This document shows, in pieces, positions 27,469-38,741 of a stretch of 64,000 nt of DNA (position 1 is the first letter of the stretch; every line of letters begins with the position of its first letter). A program made the translations under genes and the position numbers. The notes beneath the pieces are model-generated. The model worked only from the letters and a program-made list of their open reading frames with translations. It was not told where the DNA came from and did not search any database. The DNA comes from Patescibacteria group bacterium (lineage in GTDB: Bacteria; Patescibacteriota; Patescibacteriia; JAHIZJ01): the NCBI GenBank assembly GCA_028714495.1, contig JAQTMH010000004.1, positions 64,232 through 128,231 on the forward strand. Direction: 5' to 3'.

Positions 27469-27524
27469 ATACGAGAAGTCTATGTATCCGTAGGTGAGCG
27501 TTAACACTCACTTACGGACGTAAA

Positions 27525-28958
27525 TTATTCTTCGGCGGCAATTGTCTCGGTTGCCGATCCGCCCAAATCAAGTCGTGAGAGCATATAGTTACCGAGAATT
27601 TTTTTAACCGGTTCGATTGAGCCGTGATTGACAAGTTTCAAAATGTCCCGCTCGATCGTTTTCACCCACGACGGAACGATGAGGCCAGAGGTTAATTCGA
27701 AGAAGTTCATAAGAAAGGTGGTGGCATAGGCGCCTTTTGGTAGGGTAAAGCTGATGACCACGCCCTCGGGAGTAATTTGGGAAGCGTGAATGTCTGGTTT
27801 GATGATTGTGGAGACCGCACGCTTGGCTGGACGGATAAACGGAAATGGTTTAATATACCGCAAAAAGCTTTCTGTCTCATCCTCTTTCAGATAAGTCAGA
27901 TAAGGCTCATGGTCAGTCGGGTCAGGACTCAAAAGCAGGGGCAGGGTTTCCGGTAGAGGCTTGCCTTTTTTCGCAGCCTCGGAAACTATTTTATTAAATA
28001 GATAGCTGACATAGGCATAAACCCAGAGTCGGGTGTGCTCAGATATACAAGTAAGTGCACCGAGGATGTCATTTGGATTTTCCTTCAAATATTCCAGCAC
28101 TTTTATTTCATTACGGAAAGTGTAGGGGAAGCGTTGAAATTCTTTGAGCATACTTTGTCCATCATCGAAGAGAGTCTGTGCCTTTTGGCGGACCACTTGA
28201 AAATAAGGTGGTTCGGATTCGTTAGTTCCAACCAGAAATAGATTAAGCGCGTCAGTGTAATTTCCTTGCAAGATTGCTCGTCCGAACTGGTGGACTGAAG
28301 AACGACTGCCGAAACGTTGAACGCCATAGTAATTTAAAACTCCATTTTCTTGGCATTCGGTCAAGTGCCGGGTTAACCACTCCGGATCAACGGGCTCCTT
28401 GGTGCGGATAAAAATAATGAAGCGATTGCCGGCCAGCCCGCCAACAGTTATTACGCCCTTGCCATAATGGTAATTTTTTAAGAAAAGGCCTGGAATTTTA
28501 TGTTCAGCCACAACTTCATATTTAATTCGACGGAGACTGATTTGCTGGCTAGTGACAGCAACCGCATCCTTAATGCCCGCATAGCCAATCTGCTTGAGCT
28601 CAATTTTCAGGGACTCGCTTAAGCGTTTAAGGGCTTCGAGTGTGAAAATACCGGCCTTGACCAAGGTACAGAATAGCGTTCTTTGATCAGGTATGTTTTG
28701 AGGCGGGGTAGGTGGTTCTGGCGTTATTGTAATTAAATTTCCATTAATTGCCACCTCCTCGACGATGAAATCTTGGGGGTAGAGACGATAGTAGCCAAGG
28801 GGGCGATCAGCTGGGAGCGTGTCGATACCGATGTGTTTTAATATTCGCTGGGGATTCAGCTTTGAATCAATCTCAAACCACTCCGGTTTATCGCGGCGGA
28901 GCTGATCAATGGTTGCCCTTTCATTTTCCCATAGTTCGTGTGAAATGTTTTCTGACAT
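27525..28958 (-). CDS. truD: tRNA pseudouridine synthase TruD/Pus7 family
   Basis: YAGIKDAVAVTSQ (catalytic Asp motif GxKD) and NYYGVQRFG motif. Confidence 0.7.
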   Translation of the reverse strand: MSENISHELWENERATIDQLRRDKPEWFEIDSKLNPQRILKHIGIDTLPADRPLGYYRLYPQDFIVEEVAINGNLITITPEPPTPPQNIPDQRTLFCTLVKAGIFTLEALKRLSESLKIELKQIGYAGIKDAVAVTSQQISLRRIKYEVVAEHKIPGLFLKNYHYGKGVITVGGLAGNRFIIFIRTKEPVDPEWLTRHLTECQENGVLNYYGVQRFGSRSSVHQFGRAILQGNYTDALNLFLVGTNESEPPYFQVVRQKAQTLFDDGQSMLKEFQRFPYTFRNEIKVLEYLKENPNDILGALTCISEHTRLWVYAYVSYLFNKIVSEAAKKGKPLPETLPLLLSPDPTDHEPYLTYLKEDETESFLRYIKPFPFIRPAKRAVSTIIKPDIHASQITPEGVVISFTLPKGAYATTFLMNFFELTSGLIVPSWVKTIERDILKLVNHGSIEPVKKILGNYMLSRLDLGGSATETIAAEE

Positions 28959-29060
28959 ATTAATTTGAGCTTATCTTCGGCCTAGACTTTTGTCAATTAT
29001 AAGGACTTGCCAAGATTTGCCTTTGCCTGTATACTATCTGTTAGTATTTTTTTATTACCT

Positions 29061-31961
29061 ATGGCGGGAAAAATCACCATCAAAGGCGCGCGAGTGCACA
29101 ACCTGAAGAATATCAGCTTGGATATACCACGCGATAAACTAGTTGTGTTTACCGGCATATCCGGCTCGGGAAAATCATCTTTGGCATTCGATACGATCTA
29201 TGCCGAGGGCCAGCGCCGCTATGTCGAATCCCTGTCGGCTTATGCTCGGCAGTTTTTGGGTTTGATGGATAAGCCTGACGTGGACCAGATCGAAGGTTTG
29301 TCGCCGGCTATTTCGATCGATCAGAAATCAACCTCGCACAATCCGCGCTCGACCGTCGGCACGGTAACGGAAATCTACGATTACCTCCGCTTGCTTTTCG
29401 CCAGGGTCGGCACGCCTCACTGTCCGAAGTGCGGTCTCGAGGTGGCGCGCCAAACCGTTGACCAGATTGCCGAAAAAATTCTCGAATTGCCGGTTGGCAC
29501 GAAAGTCAGTCTGTTGTCCCCGATAATAAAAGACCAAAAGGGCGAGCATAAGAATATTTTGGAAAAAATACGAAAAGCTGGGTATGTCCGAATTCGGTTC
29601 GATGGATTAATGTACACTGTCGAAGAAGCCGAGGCGATGACGATTGATAAAAACAAGAAGCACACCATGGAGGTCGTGATTGACCGCCTGGAAATATCGG
29701 CTGAAATGCGGAAAAACAATTTGCCGAAGCGGGAACAGAAAGACACCGAGCGCGGCCGGCTGATGGATTCCCTGGAAACGGCGCTTGATCTGGGCAATGG
29801 AATAGTCTACATCCAGCAGGAGGGCCAAGACGAGGATTTGGTTTTCAGCCAGCATTTTGCCTGCACCAAATGCGGCGCTAGCCTACCCGAGATCGAGCCG
29901 AGGAATTTTTCTTTTAATAATCCCCACGGCGCTTGTCCTGATTGTAGCGGCCTCGGCACGAAGCTTGAAATTGACGGAAGCTTGATTATTCCGAATAGAA
30001 AGCTGACGCTGGCCGAAGGCGCGATCCGGCCCTGGTCCAGGACCTCGGCCAACCAGACCTGGTATTTCCGAATTCTTGAGTCAGTAGCCCGTGAGAACGG
30101 TTTTTCAGTCAATACGCCGATAGAAAAATTAAGCAAAAAACAGCTGGATATCGTTCTTTACGGCACCGGCAGTAAAACTTATGATGTCAATAATGAGTTT
30201 GCCGGGGGCAAGGTGCGTGAGCTTTGGACAACCTTTGAAGGTGTGATTCCGAATCTCGAGCGCCGGTACAAAGAGACGGATTCCGATTATATTCGTTCGG
30301 AAATCGAACGCTACATGCGGATTTACCCTTGTCCTACCTGCGGCGGAAAACGTTTGAAGCCGGAAGCTCTAGCCGTGACAGTCGGTGGCTCGTCGATTGA
30401 CCAGGTTGTCAGATTGACCATCGACGAAGCGGCCAAGTTCGTTGTCCAGCTAGTCGCCAAATCGAATTCGCGGGCTTTAACTCAGAGGCAGCAGGTGATT
30501 GCCAATCAGATTTTGAAGGAGATAAAAAACCGGCTCGCTTTTCTTGAGAACGTCGGCTTAAATTACCTGACGCTTGACCGGCCAGCCGCGACTTTAGCCG
30601 GAGGAGAAGCTCAAAGAATCCGCCTGGCCACCCAGATCGGTTCCAGCCTGGTCGGCGTGGTTTATATTTTGGACGAGCCCTCGATCGGCTTGCACCAGCG
30701 CGACAATGACAAATTGATCGCTACCCTGATGCGGCTCAAGGATATCGGCAATACGGTAATTGTAGTTGAGCATGATGAGCAAATGATCCGGTCAGCCGAT
30801 TTCGTGGTGGATATCGGTCCGGGCGCGGGCGAGCACGGCGGAGAGATTGTCGCTCAGGGTACGCCCACCCAGATTATGAAGAATAATAAGTCGGTAACCG
30901 GCCGCTATCTTTCGGGCTCGCTTAGCATAGAACCGCCTAAGAAATATCGTAGCGGCAACGGTAAATTTTTAAGCATTCTAGGCGCCAGCGAGTTCAATTT
31001 GAAAAACGTCGATGTTCATATTCCGCTCGGGAAGTTCGTCTGCATCTCGGGTGTTTCCGGATCGGGCAAATCTACTCTGATGACGGATATTCTCGCCCGC
31101 GCCCTGGCCCAGTATTTTTACCGAGCTAAGGATATTCCCGGCGCACATAAGGAGATTAAGGGCATTGAGCATCTCGACAAAGTCATAAATATTGACCAGT
31201 CGCCGATCGGCCGCACTCCCCGGTCAAACGCGGCCACTTACACCGGCGTCTTTACCTATATCCGCGACCTTTTCACCCAGATTCCCGAAGCCAAGATTAG
31301 GGGTTATAAGGCTGGACGCTTCAGTTTCAATGTCAAAGGCGGCCGGTGTGAAGCCTGCCAGGGCGACGGCTATAAAAAGATTGAGATGCAATTTTTGCCC
31401 GATGTTTACGTCGAATGTGAAGAGTGCCATGGCCAACGCTATAATCAGGCCGCGCTGGAGATTCATTACAAAGGTAAAAATATTGCTGATGTTCTTGATA
31501 TGACAGTCGAAGACTCCTATAACTTTTTTGAAAATATTCCAGCGATCCGCCAGAAACTACATACTTTGCGCGACGTAGGCCTGGATTACCTCCATCTGGG
31601 TCAGTCAGCTACCACTTTGTCTGGTGGCGAAGCCCAACGGATTAAATTGGCGACTGAGCTTTCCCGACGGGCGACTGGCCGGACGCTCTACATCCTGGAC
31701 GAGCCGACTACCGGCCTTCATTTCGAAGACGTCAAACGATTGCTCCACGTTCTCAATAAGCTGGTGGACAAGGGTAACACCGTTTTAATCATTGAGCACA
31801 ATCTGGATGTGATAAAATCGGTTGACTGGGTTATTGATCTGGGTCCAGAGGGCGGCGATAAGGGCGGCGAGATCGTGGCAGAAGGCACGCCGCGCGATTT
31901 GGCTAAAATAAAGAAGTCGTACACCGGGCAATACTTGAAAAAAGTGTTAGCCAAGGAATAG
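29061..31961 (+). CDS. uvrA: excinuclease ABC subunit A
   Basis: Two ABC ATPase modules ([18 protein letters not shown]) and zinc-finger Cys clusters. Start taken at [15 protein letters not shown]. Confidence 0.9.
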   Translation: MAGKITIKGARVHNLKNISLDIPRDKLVVFTGISGSGKSSLAFDTIYAEGQRRYVESLSAYARQFLGLMDKPDVDQIEGLSPAISIDQKSTSHNPRSTVGTVTEIYDYLRLLFARVGTPHCPKCGLEVARQTVDQIAEKILELPVGTKVSLLSPIIKDQKGEHKNILEKIRKAGYVRIRFDGLMYTVEEAEAMTIDKNKKHTMEVVIDRLEISAEMRKNNLPKREQKDTERGRLMDSLETALDLGNGIVYIQQEGQDEDLVFSQHFACTKCGASLPEIEPRNFSFNNPHGACPDCSGLGTKLEIDGSLIIPNRKLTLAEGAIRPWSRTSANQTWYFRILESVARENGFSVNTPIEKLSKKQLDIVLYGTGSKTYDVNNEFAGGKVRELWTTFEGVIPNLERRYKETDSDYIRSEIERYMRIYPCPTCGGKRLKPEALAVTVGGSSIDQVVRLTIDEAAKFVVQLVAKSNSRALTQRQQVIANQILKEIKNRLAFLENVGLNYLTLDRPAATLAGGEAQRIRLATQIGSSLVGVVYILDEPSIGLHQRDNDKLIATLMRLKDIGNTVIVVEHDEQMIRSADFVVDIGPGAGEHGGEIVAQGTPTQIMKNNKSVTGRYLSGSLSIEPPKKYRSGNGKFLSILGASEFNLKNVDVHIPLGKFVCISGVSGSGKSTLMTDILARALAQYFYRAKDIPGAHKEIKGIEHLDKVINIDQSPIGRTPRSNAATYTGVFTYIRDLFTQIPEAKIRGYKAGRFSFNVKGGRCEACQGDGYKKIEMQFLPDVYVECEECHGQRYNQAALEIHYKGKNIADVLDMTVEDSYNFFENIPAIRQKLHTLRDVGLDYLHLGQSATTLSGGEAQRIKLATELSRRATGRTLYILDEPTTGLHFEDVKRLLHVLNKLVDKGNTVLIIEHNLDVIKSVDWVIDLGPEGGDKGGEIVAEGTPRDLAKIKKSYTGQYLKKVLAKE

Positions 31962-32085
31962 AATAATATTTTAAGCGACTCCCTCGTCATTTTGTAAACC
32001 AAGGCAAACACATCTGGCTGTCGCCTGACTTTCTTTTTGAATTTATTAGTTTGCTTTTCTCTATTAAAAACGCCATAATTGAACT

Positions 32086-33027
32086 ATGACGACCTCATCT
32101 CTTAGCCGATCAATACTCTCGGAACTGGCTTATTTTGATATTTTCGAACACCCCCTAACTTTGATGGAAATTTGGCGGTTTAACAGTCAGCCCAAAGTAA
32201 CTTTAGCCGAAGTAATTGAAGCAACACAAAATGATGATTGGTTGAAGGAGAAAATTGATCAAAAATGGGGATTCTATTTTCTCAAAGGACGTCAACATAC
32301 AGTTGAACTTAGGCTGAAGCGCTACCGGGAGGCTGAGGCGAAATATCAAAAAGCCCTGAAGTTTGCTCGACGGCTGTCCGCCTTTCCCTTCATCCGAATG
32401 ATCGGCGTATGCAATTCCCTGGCCTACAGCAATTCCCGTCTGGCCGGGGATATCGATTTTTTGATCGTCGCCGAGCCGAGAAGAATTTGGACCGCCCGGT
32501 TTTATGCCGCCGGCTGTCTCAAACTTTTAGGGGAGCGGCCCGTCGGCCAAGAGACAAAGGATAAAATTTGTTTGACCTTTTTTATCTCGCCCGAGGGATT
32601 TGATCTGCGGCCGATAAAGATTTCCAGCCCAGACATTTATCTGGCGCACTGGGTGAAACAAATCGTCCCAATTTATGACCCCCGGCGGCTATACCAGCAG
32701 TTTATGAAGGCAAATAGCTGGGTTGATGAATCGTTTCCAAATGGTTATCCGGTGATCGTGCCGCCGGCGCGAAAAATTAACCGGTCCTTTTTTAATAAAC
32801 TTGGGCAAAAAGTTTTTGAGACTATTCATTCCAGCTGGCTTGGTGATTGGCTCGAACGATATTTTGAAAAAATCCAACGCCGCCGTCTTCCGGATCAGTT
32901 GCAAAGATTGGCGAACCGCGATAGCCGTGTAATTTTATCCAAGCAGATGCTGAAATTCCACGACAATGACCGGCGGGAAAAATACCAGAACCTGTGGCTG
33001 CAAAAATTAAAGACCCTTGGTTTATGA
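32086..33027 (+). CDS. hypothetical protein
   Basis: 313-aa ORF. Confidence 0.5.
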   Translation: MTTSSLSRSILSELAYFDIFEHPLTLMEIWRFNSQPKVTLAEVIEATQNDDWLKEKIDQKWGFYFLKGRQHTVELRLKRYREAEAKYQKALKFARRLSAFPFIRMIGVCNSLAYSNSRLAGDIDFLIVAEPRRIWTARFYAAGCLKLLGERPVGQETKDKICLTFFISPEGFDLRPIKISSPDIYLAHWVKQIVPIYDPRRLYQQFMKANSWVDESFPNGYPVIVPPARKINRSFFNKLGQKVFETIHSSWLGDWLERYFEKIQRRRLPDQLQRLANRDSRVILSKQMLKFHDNDRREKYQNLWLQKLKTLGL

Positions 33028-34427
33028 CTTCACGCTTAGCCAGAATCACCGAGTATCTTCTTTACCTGTATGTTTTTTTACTGCCTTGGCAGACGCGCTG
33101 GATAATCAAAGAAGGCCAACTCAATGGCGGAACCTGGGAATACGGCACCTACAGTCTCTATGCCACTGACCTTTTGTTCTTGCTGTTGATATTTTTTCAT
33201 TATCTAAGCTCCCGGAAAGATACCAAGGAGTCTTCGCATCGGCCAGCCAGAGGACTCGACATATCAATTATCGCTATTTTGGTAATTGCCGCTTTGTCAT
33301 TTTTTTGGTCCTTGAACCAAGGGTTGACGCTATATGTTCTGACCCGCTTAGTTATGGGCGGGATATTGGTTTGGTTAATCGGAGGAATAAAATTTAGATT
33401 GCGCCGTCTGGCCCAAGCGTTTGTCGGCGGAGCCTTGATCCAGGCGATTATTGGTTTAGCCCAGTTTTTTTCCCAGACCGCGCTAACCTCGAAATGGCTG
33501 GGTTGGGCGACCCATGACCCTGGCCAGCTTGGCACATTTGTGGTTGAGACTGATGGACAGAGGCTGCTCCGGGCTTACGGCGGCCTGCCCCACCCGAATA
33601 TCCTGGCCGGGTTATTGGTCATCGCCATACTTTTTATCTTCGGCCTATATTTTGATTTATATCATCGGATACACATTTGGTTTGAGAGAATAGCTCACGA
33701 TCGCAAACGTAAATTTTGGTCAAAACATAGACCGGAGATATCACGCTTCACCGCCGAGATTATGTTTTATCTCCTCAGCCTGATTTTTTGCATGTTTGGT
33801 TTGATTGTCACATTTTCCCGGTCGGCTTGGCTGGCCTTAGCCGTGGCCCTAGCTGTTCTTGCTCTGGTAGTGATTATAAAAAGTGACAAAGTTAGATTGA
33901 TTACCTTTAGCAAGCTTTTTGTCGTAATGTTGCTCGTCGCTGGAGTCGCGCTGGCTCTGTTTCGGGAACCGATATTTTCACGGTTTCAGCCGGAGCACCG
34001 CTTAGAGCAGATTTCAATTGAATCTCGTCAGACTTATCAAGAGCAAGCGGTTCAGCTTTTGAAGAAACATTGGATTGTTGGCGTGGGTCTGGGAACATAC
34101 ACTCAGGCTGTTCATGACGGCATTGACACCCGGCTCAAACCCTGGGACTATCAGCCGGTTCACAATATTTATCTTCTGCTGGCTGGCGAACTTAGCTTTT
34201 TCGGTCTCTTGGCTTTAGGCTTTCTGCTTTTCGAGATTTTACGCAAGACGGTGAAAAAACTTTTTTCAGGTCAGCCAATCGATCACTGGTTCATGGTGGC
34301 AGTCAGCCAGGTCGCGGTTTTGTTTGTCTTCGGACTGTTTGATCATTTCTGGTGGACGCTAAATTTTGGAATAATGCTGTGGTGGCTGGTAATTGGGGTA
34401 TTTCGAAAGACGGCAATTAGAAATTAA
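32994..34427 (+). CDS. O-antigen ligase/polymerase-like polytopic membrane protein
   Basis: 477 aa with 10 or more TM helices and a periplasmic loop, Wzy_C-like architecture. Confidence 0.6.
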   Translation: MAAKIKDPWFMTSRLARITEYLLYLYVFLLPWQTRWIIKEGQLNGGTWEYGTYSLYATDLLFLLLIFFHYLSSRKDTKESSHRPARGLDISIIAILVIAALSFFWSLNQGLTLYVLTRLVMGGILVWLIGGIKFRLRRLAQAFVGGALIQAIIGLAQFFSQTALTSKWLGWATHDPGQLGTFVVETDGQRLLRAYGGLPHPNILAGLLVIAILFIFGLYFDLYHRIHIWFERIAHDRKRKFWSKHRPEISRFTAEIMFYLLSLIFCMFGLIVTFSRSAWLALAVALAVLALVVIIKSDKVRLITFSKLFVVMLLVAGVALALFREPIFSRFQPEHRLEQISIESRQTYQEQAVQLLKKHWIVGVGLGTYTQAVHDGIDTRLKPWDYQPVHNIYLLLAGELSFFGLLALGFLLFEILRKTVKKLFSGQPIDHWFMVAVSQVAVLFVFGLFDHFWWTLNFGIMLWWLVIGVFRKTAIRN

Positions 34428-34635
34428 CGGCTTGAATTAGCTGGATCAAATATCACTCCCCATGGTATTGCGGGACCCTTTTATCTTCCTAGCCACTTTA
34501 GTGGCGTACCCGACTATCCCATCATACAACGGGATCCCGTCCCCGATCTAGTCGGGGATGGCGGGAAAGTCGGTTAGAAGAATCTTTTCTTCTTAGCCAC
34601 TTTAGTGGCGTTGGCGCATTGGCTCGAAGGGGCTC

Positions 34636-34663
34636 TTGACTTGAGCCTGCTTTTTGCTAAGAT
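34636..34663 (+). promoter_or_regulatory. groESL promoter (TTGACT-N16-TAAGAT)
   Basis: Read from sequence. Confidence 0.55.
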
Positions 34664-34675
34664 GAAGTAACGGAA

Positions 34676-34702
34676 TTAGCACTCATATATTTGGAGTGCT
34701 AA
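34676..34702 (+). promoter_or_regulatory. CIRCE operator (HrcA binding site) TTAGCACTC-N9-GAGTGCTAA
   Basis: Perfect match to the CIRCE consensus inverted repeat, upstream of groES. Confidence 0.85.
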
Positions 34703-34756
34703 TATTCGAGAAAAATTGGCTAAATTAACATTAATTTTATCCACAAGGAGTAAATT

Positions 34757-35032
34757 ATGCATCTGAAACCCCTAGGCGATCGCGTGATCGTGAAGCCTAC
34801 CAAAGACGAGGAAATTACCAAATCCGGCATTGTCCTGCCTGACACGGTAGAGAAAGAGAAGAAGGAACAGGGCGAAGTCATAAGCGTTGGCAATGGTGAA
34901 AAAATTACCAAGCTCGGACTCAAGGCCGGCGACAAAGTGCTTTTTGGCAAATACGCCGGCGAGGACGTGGAAATTGACGACACTGAATACAAGGTGCTGA
35001 AAGAGGAAGACGTTTTAGCAATCATCGAATAA
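34757..35032 (+). CDS. groES: co-chaperonin GroES
   Basis: MHLKPLGDRVIVKP... Confidence 0.95.
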   Translation: MHLKPLGDRVIVKPTKDEEITKSGIVLPDTVEKEKKEQGEVISVGNGEKITKLGLKAGDKVLFGKYAGEDVEIDDTEYKVLKEEDVLAIIE

Positions 35033-35049
35033 CTTTCATTATTAATTAA

Positions 35050-36699
<1,650 letters not shown>

Positions 36700-37071
36700 A
36701 GCAAGCATTCAATATTTGCCAAGCGGACTCGAAAGGGTCCGTTTTGGTTTAGATACTATTGTAGATTTGTTCCGTTCCCGCAATTTCAAATTGCGGGAAC
36801 GATTTAATGCCCCGTTTTTGAATTATCGTTTAGCCGATGAAAAAATATTTCTCGAGCGAAGTTGAGAGATACTTTAATGTATCTCTCCATGCCCCAGCCA
36901 GTCGCGACTGGCTGGGTTAGTCGAGAAATAATATTAATTTCTTAAACAGCCCCGTTTTTGGTTTATGAAAAATTCTTGACAATTCTCCAGATTTAAAATA
37001 AGGTGATGGTGTTTTCGGAAAGTCGAGGAAGAGTTGATTAACAACCTGTTCTTTAGAGGGAGGGACTGATC

Positions 37072-37698
37072 ATGACCTGGAAGGTGATTTCAGTGGTTCT
37101 GGCCTACGCGCTCAGTCTAGCCGGCTTTGCGCTCATTCACACGCCGAAGCCGAGCATTTGGTTTCTTGCCGGATTGACGTCCTACCTGTTGTACTTCCTC
37201 GTCAAGCAATTCAACCCGGCCGACATACCAGCCAGTCGCCAACTGCTCTGGCGCGGCAAGTCGGTGGTGGGCTGGACAATACTGGCTGGCGTATCGTGCA
37301 GCACCTGTTTGCTTCTGCCGCTCCTTATCTTCACGGCACAGTTCGGGGCGATCAAGGATTGGGTAGACGCCCTACCACTGCTGTATTCCTTAACAGCCAA
37401 TTTGATCATCTCGCTGGTGAGCCTCTACAGTGTAATCGGCTTTCCCGTTTGTACCTTTGTGGCGCTGGTCATGATTCTCCTGCCGACCAAGATTCTCGAG
37501 ACTCCAGGCAAGGTAACAATCGATCATGATTCTCTCTGGGGAGAAACAAGGACGGTCGGAAAAACCTTCTCTGAACAGTCGAAGGAGTGCCGGTGGATAG
37601 CGCTCTACGGCAATCCGGTCGGATTCCTGTACTGGGTGATCCGCGCGCTTTGCCGGTTCAGACTTCAGCGGGCTCTGGGTGTTGGAATCAGCGCTTGA
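37072..37698 (+). CDS. hypothetical membrane protein, GC-rich singleton
   Basis: GAGGGAGG SD and multiple TM segments. A terminator GCGGC..GCCGC+TTTTTTT lies at 37744..37776. Confidence 0.5.
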   Translation: MTWKVISVVLAYALSLAGFALIHTPKPSIWFLAGLTSYLLYFLVKQFNPADIPASRQLLWRGKSVVGWTILAGVSCSTCLLLPLLIFTAQFGAIKDWVDALPLLYSLTANLIISLVSLYSVIGFPVCTFVALVMILLPTKILETPGKVTIDHDSLWGETRTVGKTFSEQSKECRWIALYGNPVGFLYWVIRALCRFRLQRALGVGISA

Positions 37699-37851
37699 CT
37701 CCAACTTTCAGCACCAATGCCCTTTCATCTCCGGAAACGATATCCGCGGCTAGGCTAAGCCAAGGCCGCTTTTTTTATCCAGACTTGCTTTTTTTCGTAA
37801 AATCGTGTATAATATAGACGATTGAAAAAAGATACCTAAATAAAAGCAAAA

Positions 37852-38370
37852 ATGTCAGACAAAAACCAAGATCAAAGCAATCAAGAAACAATTAAAACCG
37901 AGAAAGAGGTTCCCCCAGAAGCTGTTTTGGCCGGTCAGCCATTGAGCGTTTATTTCAAGGCGATCATCCGGCCAGTTTTTATATCAATCGCCCTGCTCGT
38001 TTTATCAGAATTCACTGAGACATTGCCTTATTTGGACTGGATTGTCGCTTTTGGCCTATTTTGCTATGTTGGCTGGCGCTTTGTTAGTAAAAAAACCACC
38101 GATACTCTCCAAGCAGTAGTCGCGGGTGGACTGGCCGGGAGCCTTTTGGGCCTGAGCGTCGCGCTGTTTCGTTTCATTGTTCATCTTAATGTCACAAGCT
38201 TCTTCCAAATAATTACTGAGCCGATTACCTATGCCATAATCGGCATGCTGACTGCCGGGGTGATCTATTGGTGGTCGCCAAAACAAAAACCCAATTCGAA
38301 ATCTTTAATTAAAAAAACAGTTAACCAAGAAGTCTTCCGGCTAATTCAATCCGGTCGGAGGCTTCCCTAG
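37852..38370 (+). CDS. hypothetical membrane protein
   Basis: 172 aa, 4 TM. Confidence 0.5.
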   Translation: MSDKNQDQSNQETIKTEKEVPPEAVLAGQPLSVYFKAIIRPVFISIALLVLSEFTETLPYLDWIVAFGLFCYVGWRFVSKKTTDTLQAVVAGGLAGSLLGLSVALFRFIVHLNVTSFFQIITEPITYAIIGMLTAGVIYWWSPKQKPNSKSLIKKTVNQEVFRLIQSGRRLP

Positions 38371-38381
38371 GAGAAAGATTT

Positions 38382-38681
38382 ATGCCAAACGAAAAACCAG
38401 TAACGAGTCAAGACGACAAGCTGATGGGCGCGTTGTCCTATCTGTGGATTTTGAGCGTGGTTATGCTCGTCATAAAAAAGGACAGTGAATTTGTGAAATT
38501 TCACGCTCGACAGGGATTAATTCTTTTTATCGTATCATTTTTATGGTTCATCCCGGTGGTGGGCTGGATTGTAAACTTAGCTGTTCTCCTTATGATAGTC
38601 ATTGGATTCTTTAAGGCTTACTCGGGCGAAAAATGGGAAATGCCCGTGATCGGCGCCTTGGCCAAGAAAATAAATTTATAA
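38382..38681 (+). CDS. small membrane protein (DUF4870-like, FHARQG motif)
   Basis: 99 aa, 2 TM. Confidence 0.5.
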   Translation: MPNEKPVTSQDDKLMGALSYLWILSVVMLVIKKDSEFVKFHARQGLILFIVSFLWFIPVVGWIVNLAVLLMIVIGFFKAYSGEKWEMPVIGALAKKINL

Positions 38682-38741
38682 ATCTTAGCAATAACTTTTA
38701 AATTACGGGCCGCCTTAAACGGAAGGCCTTCGTGAAATCTT

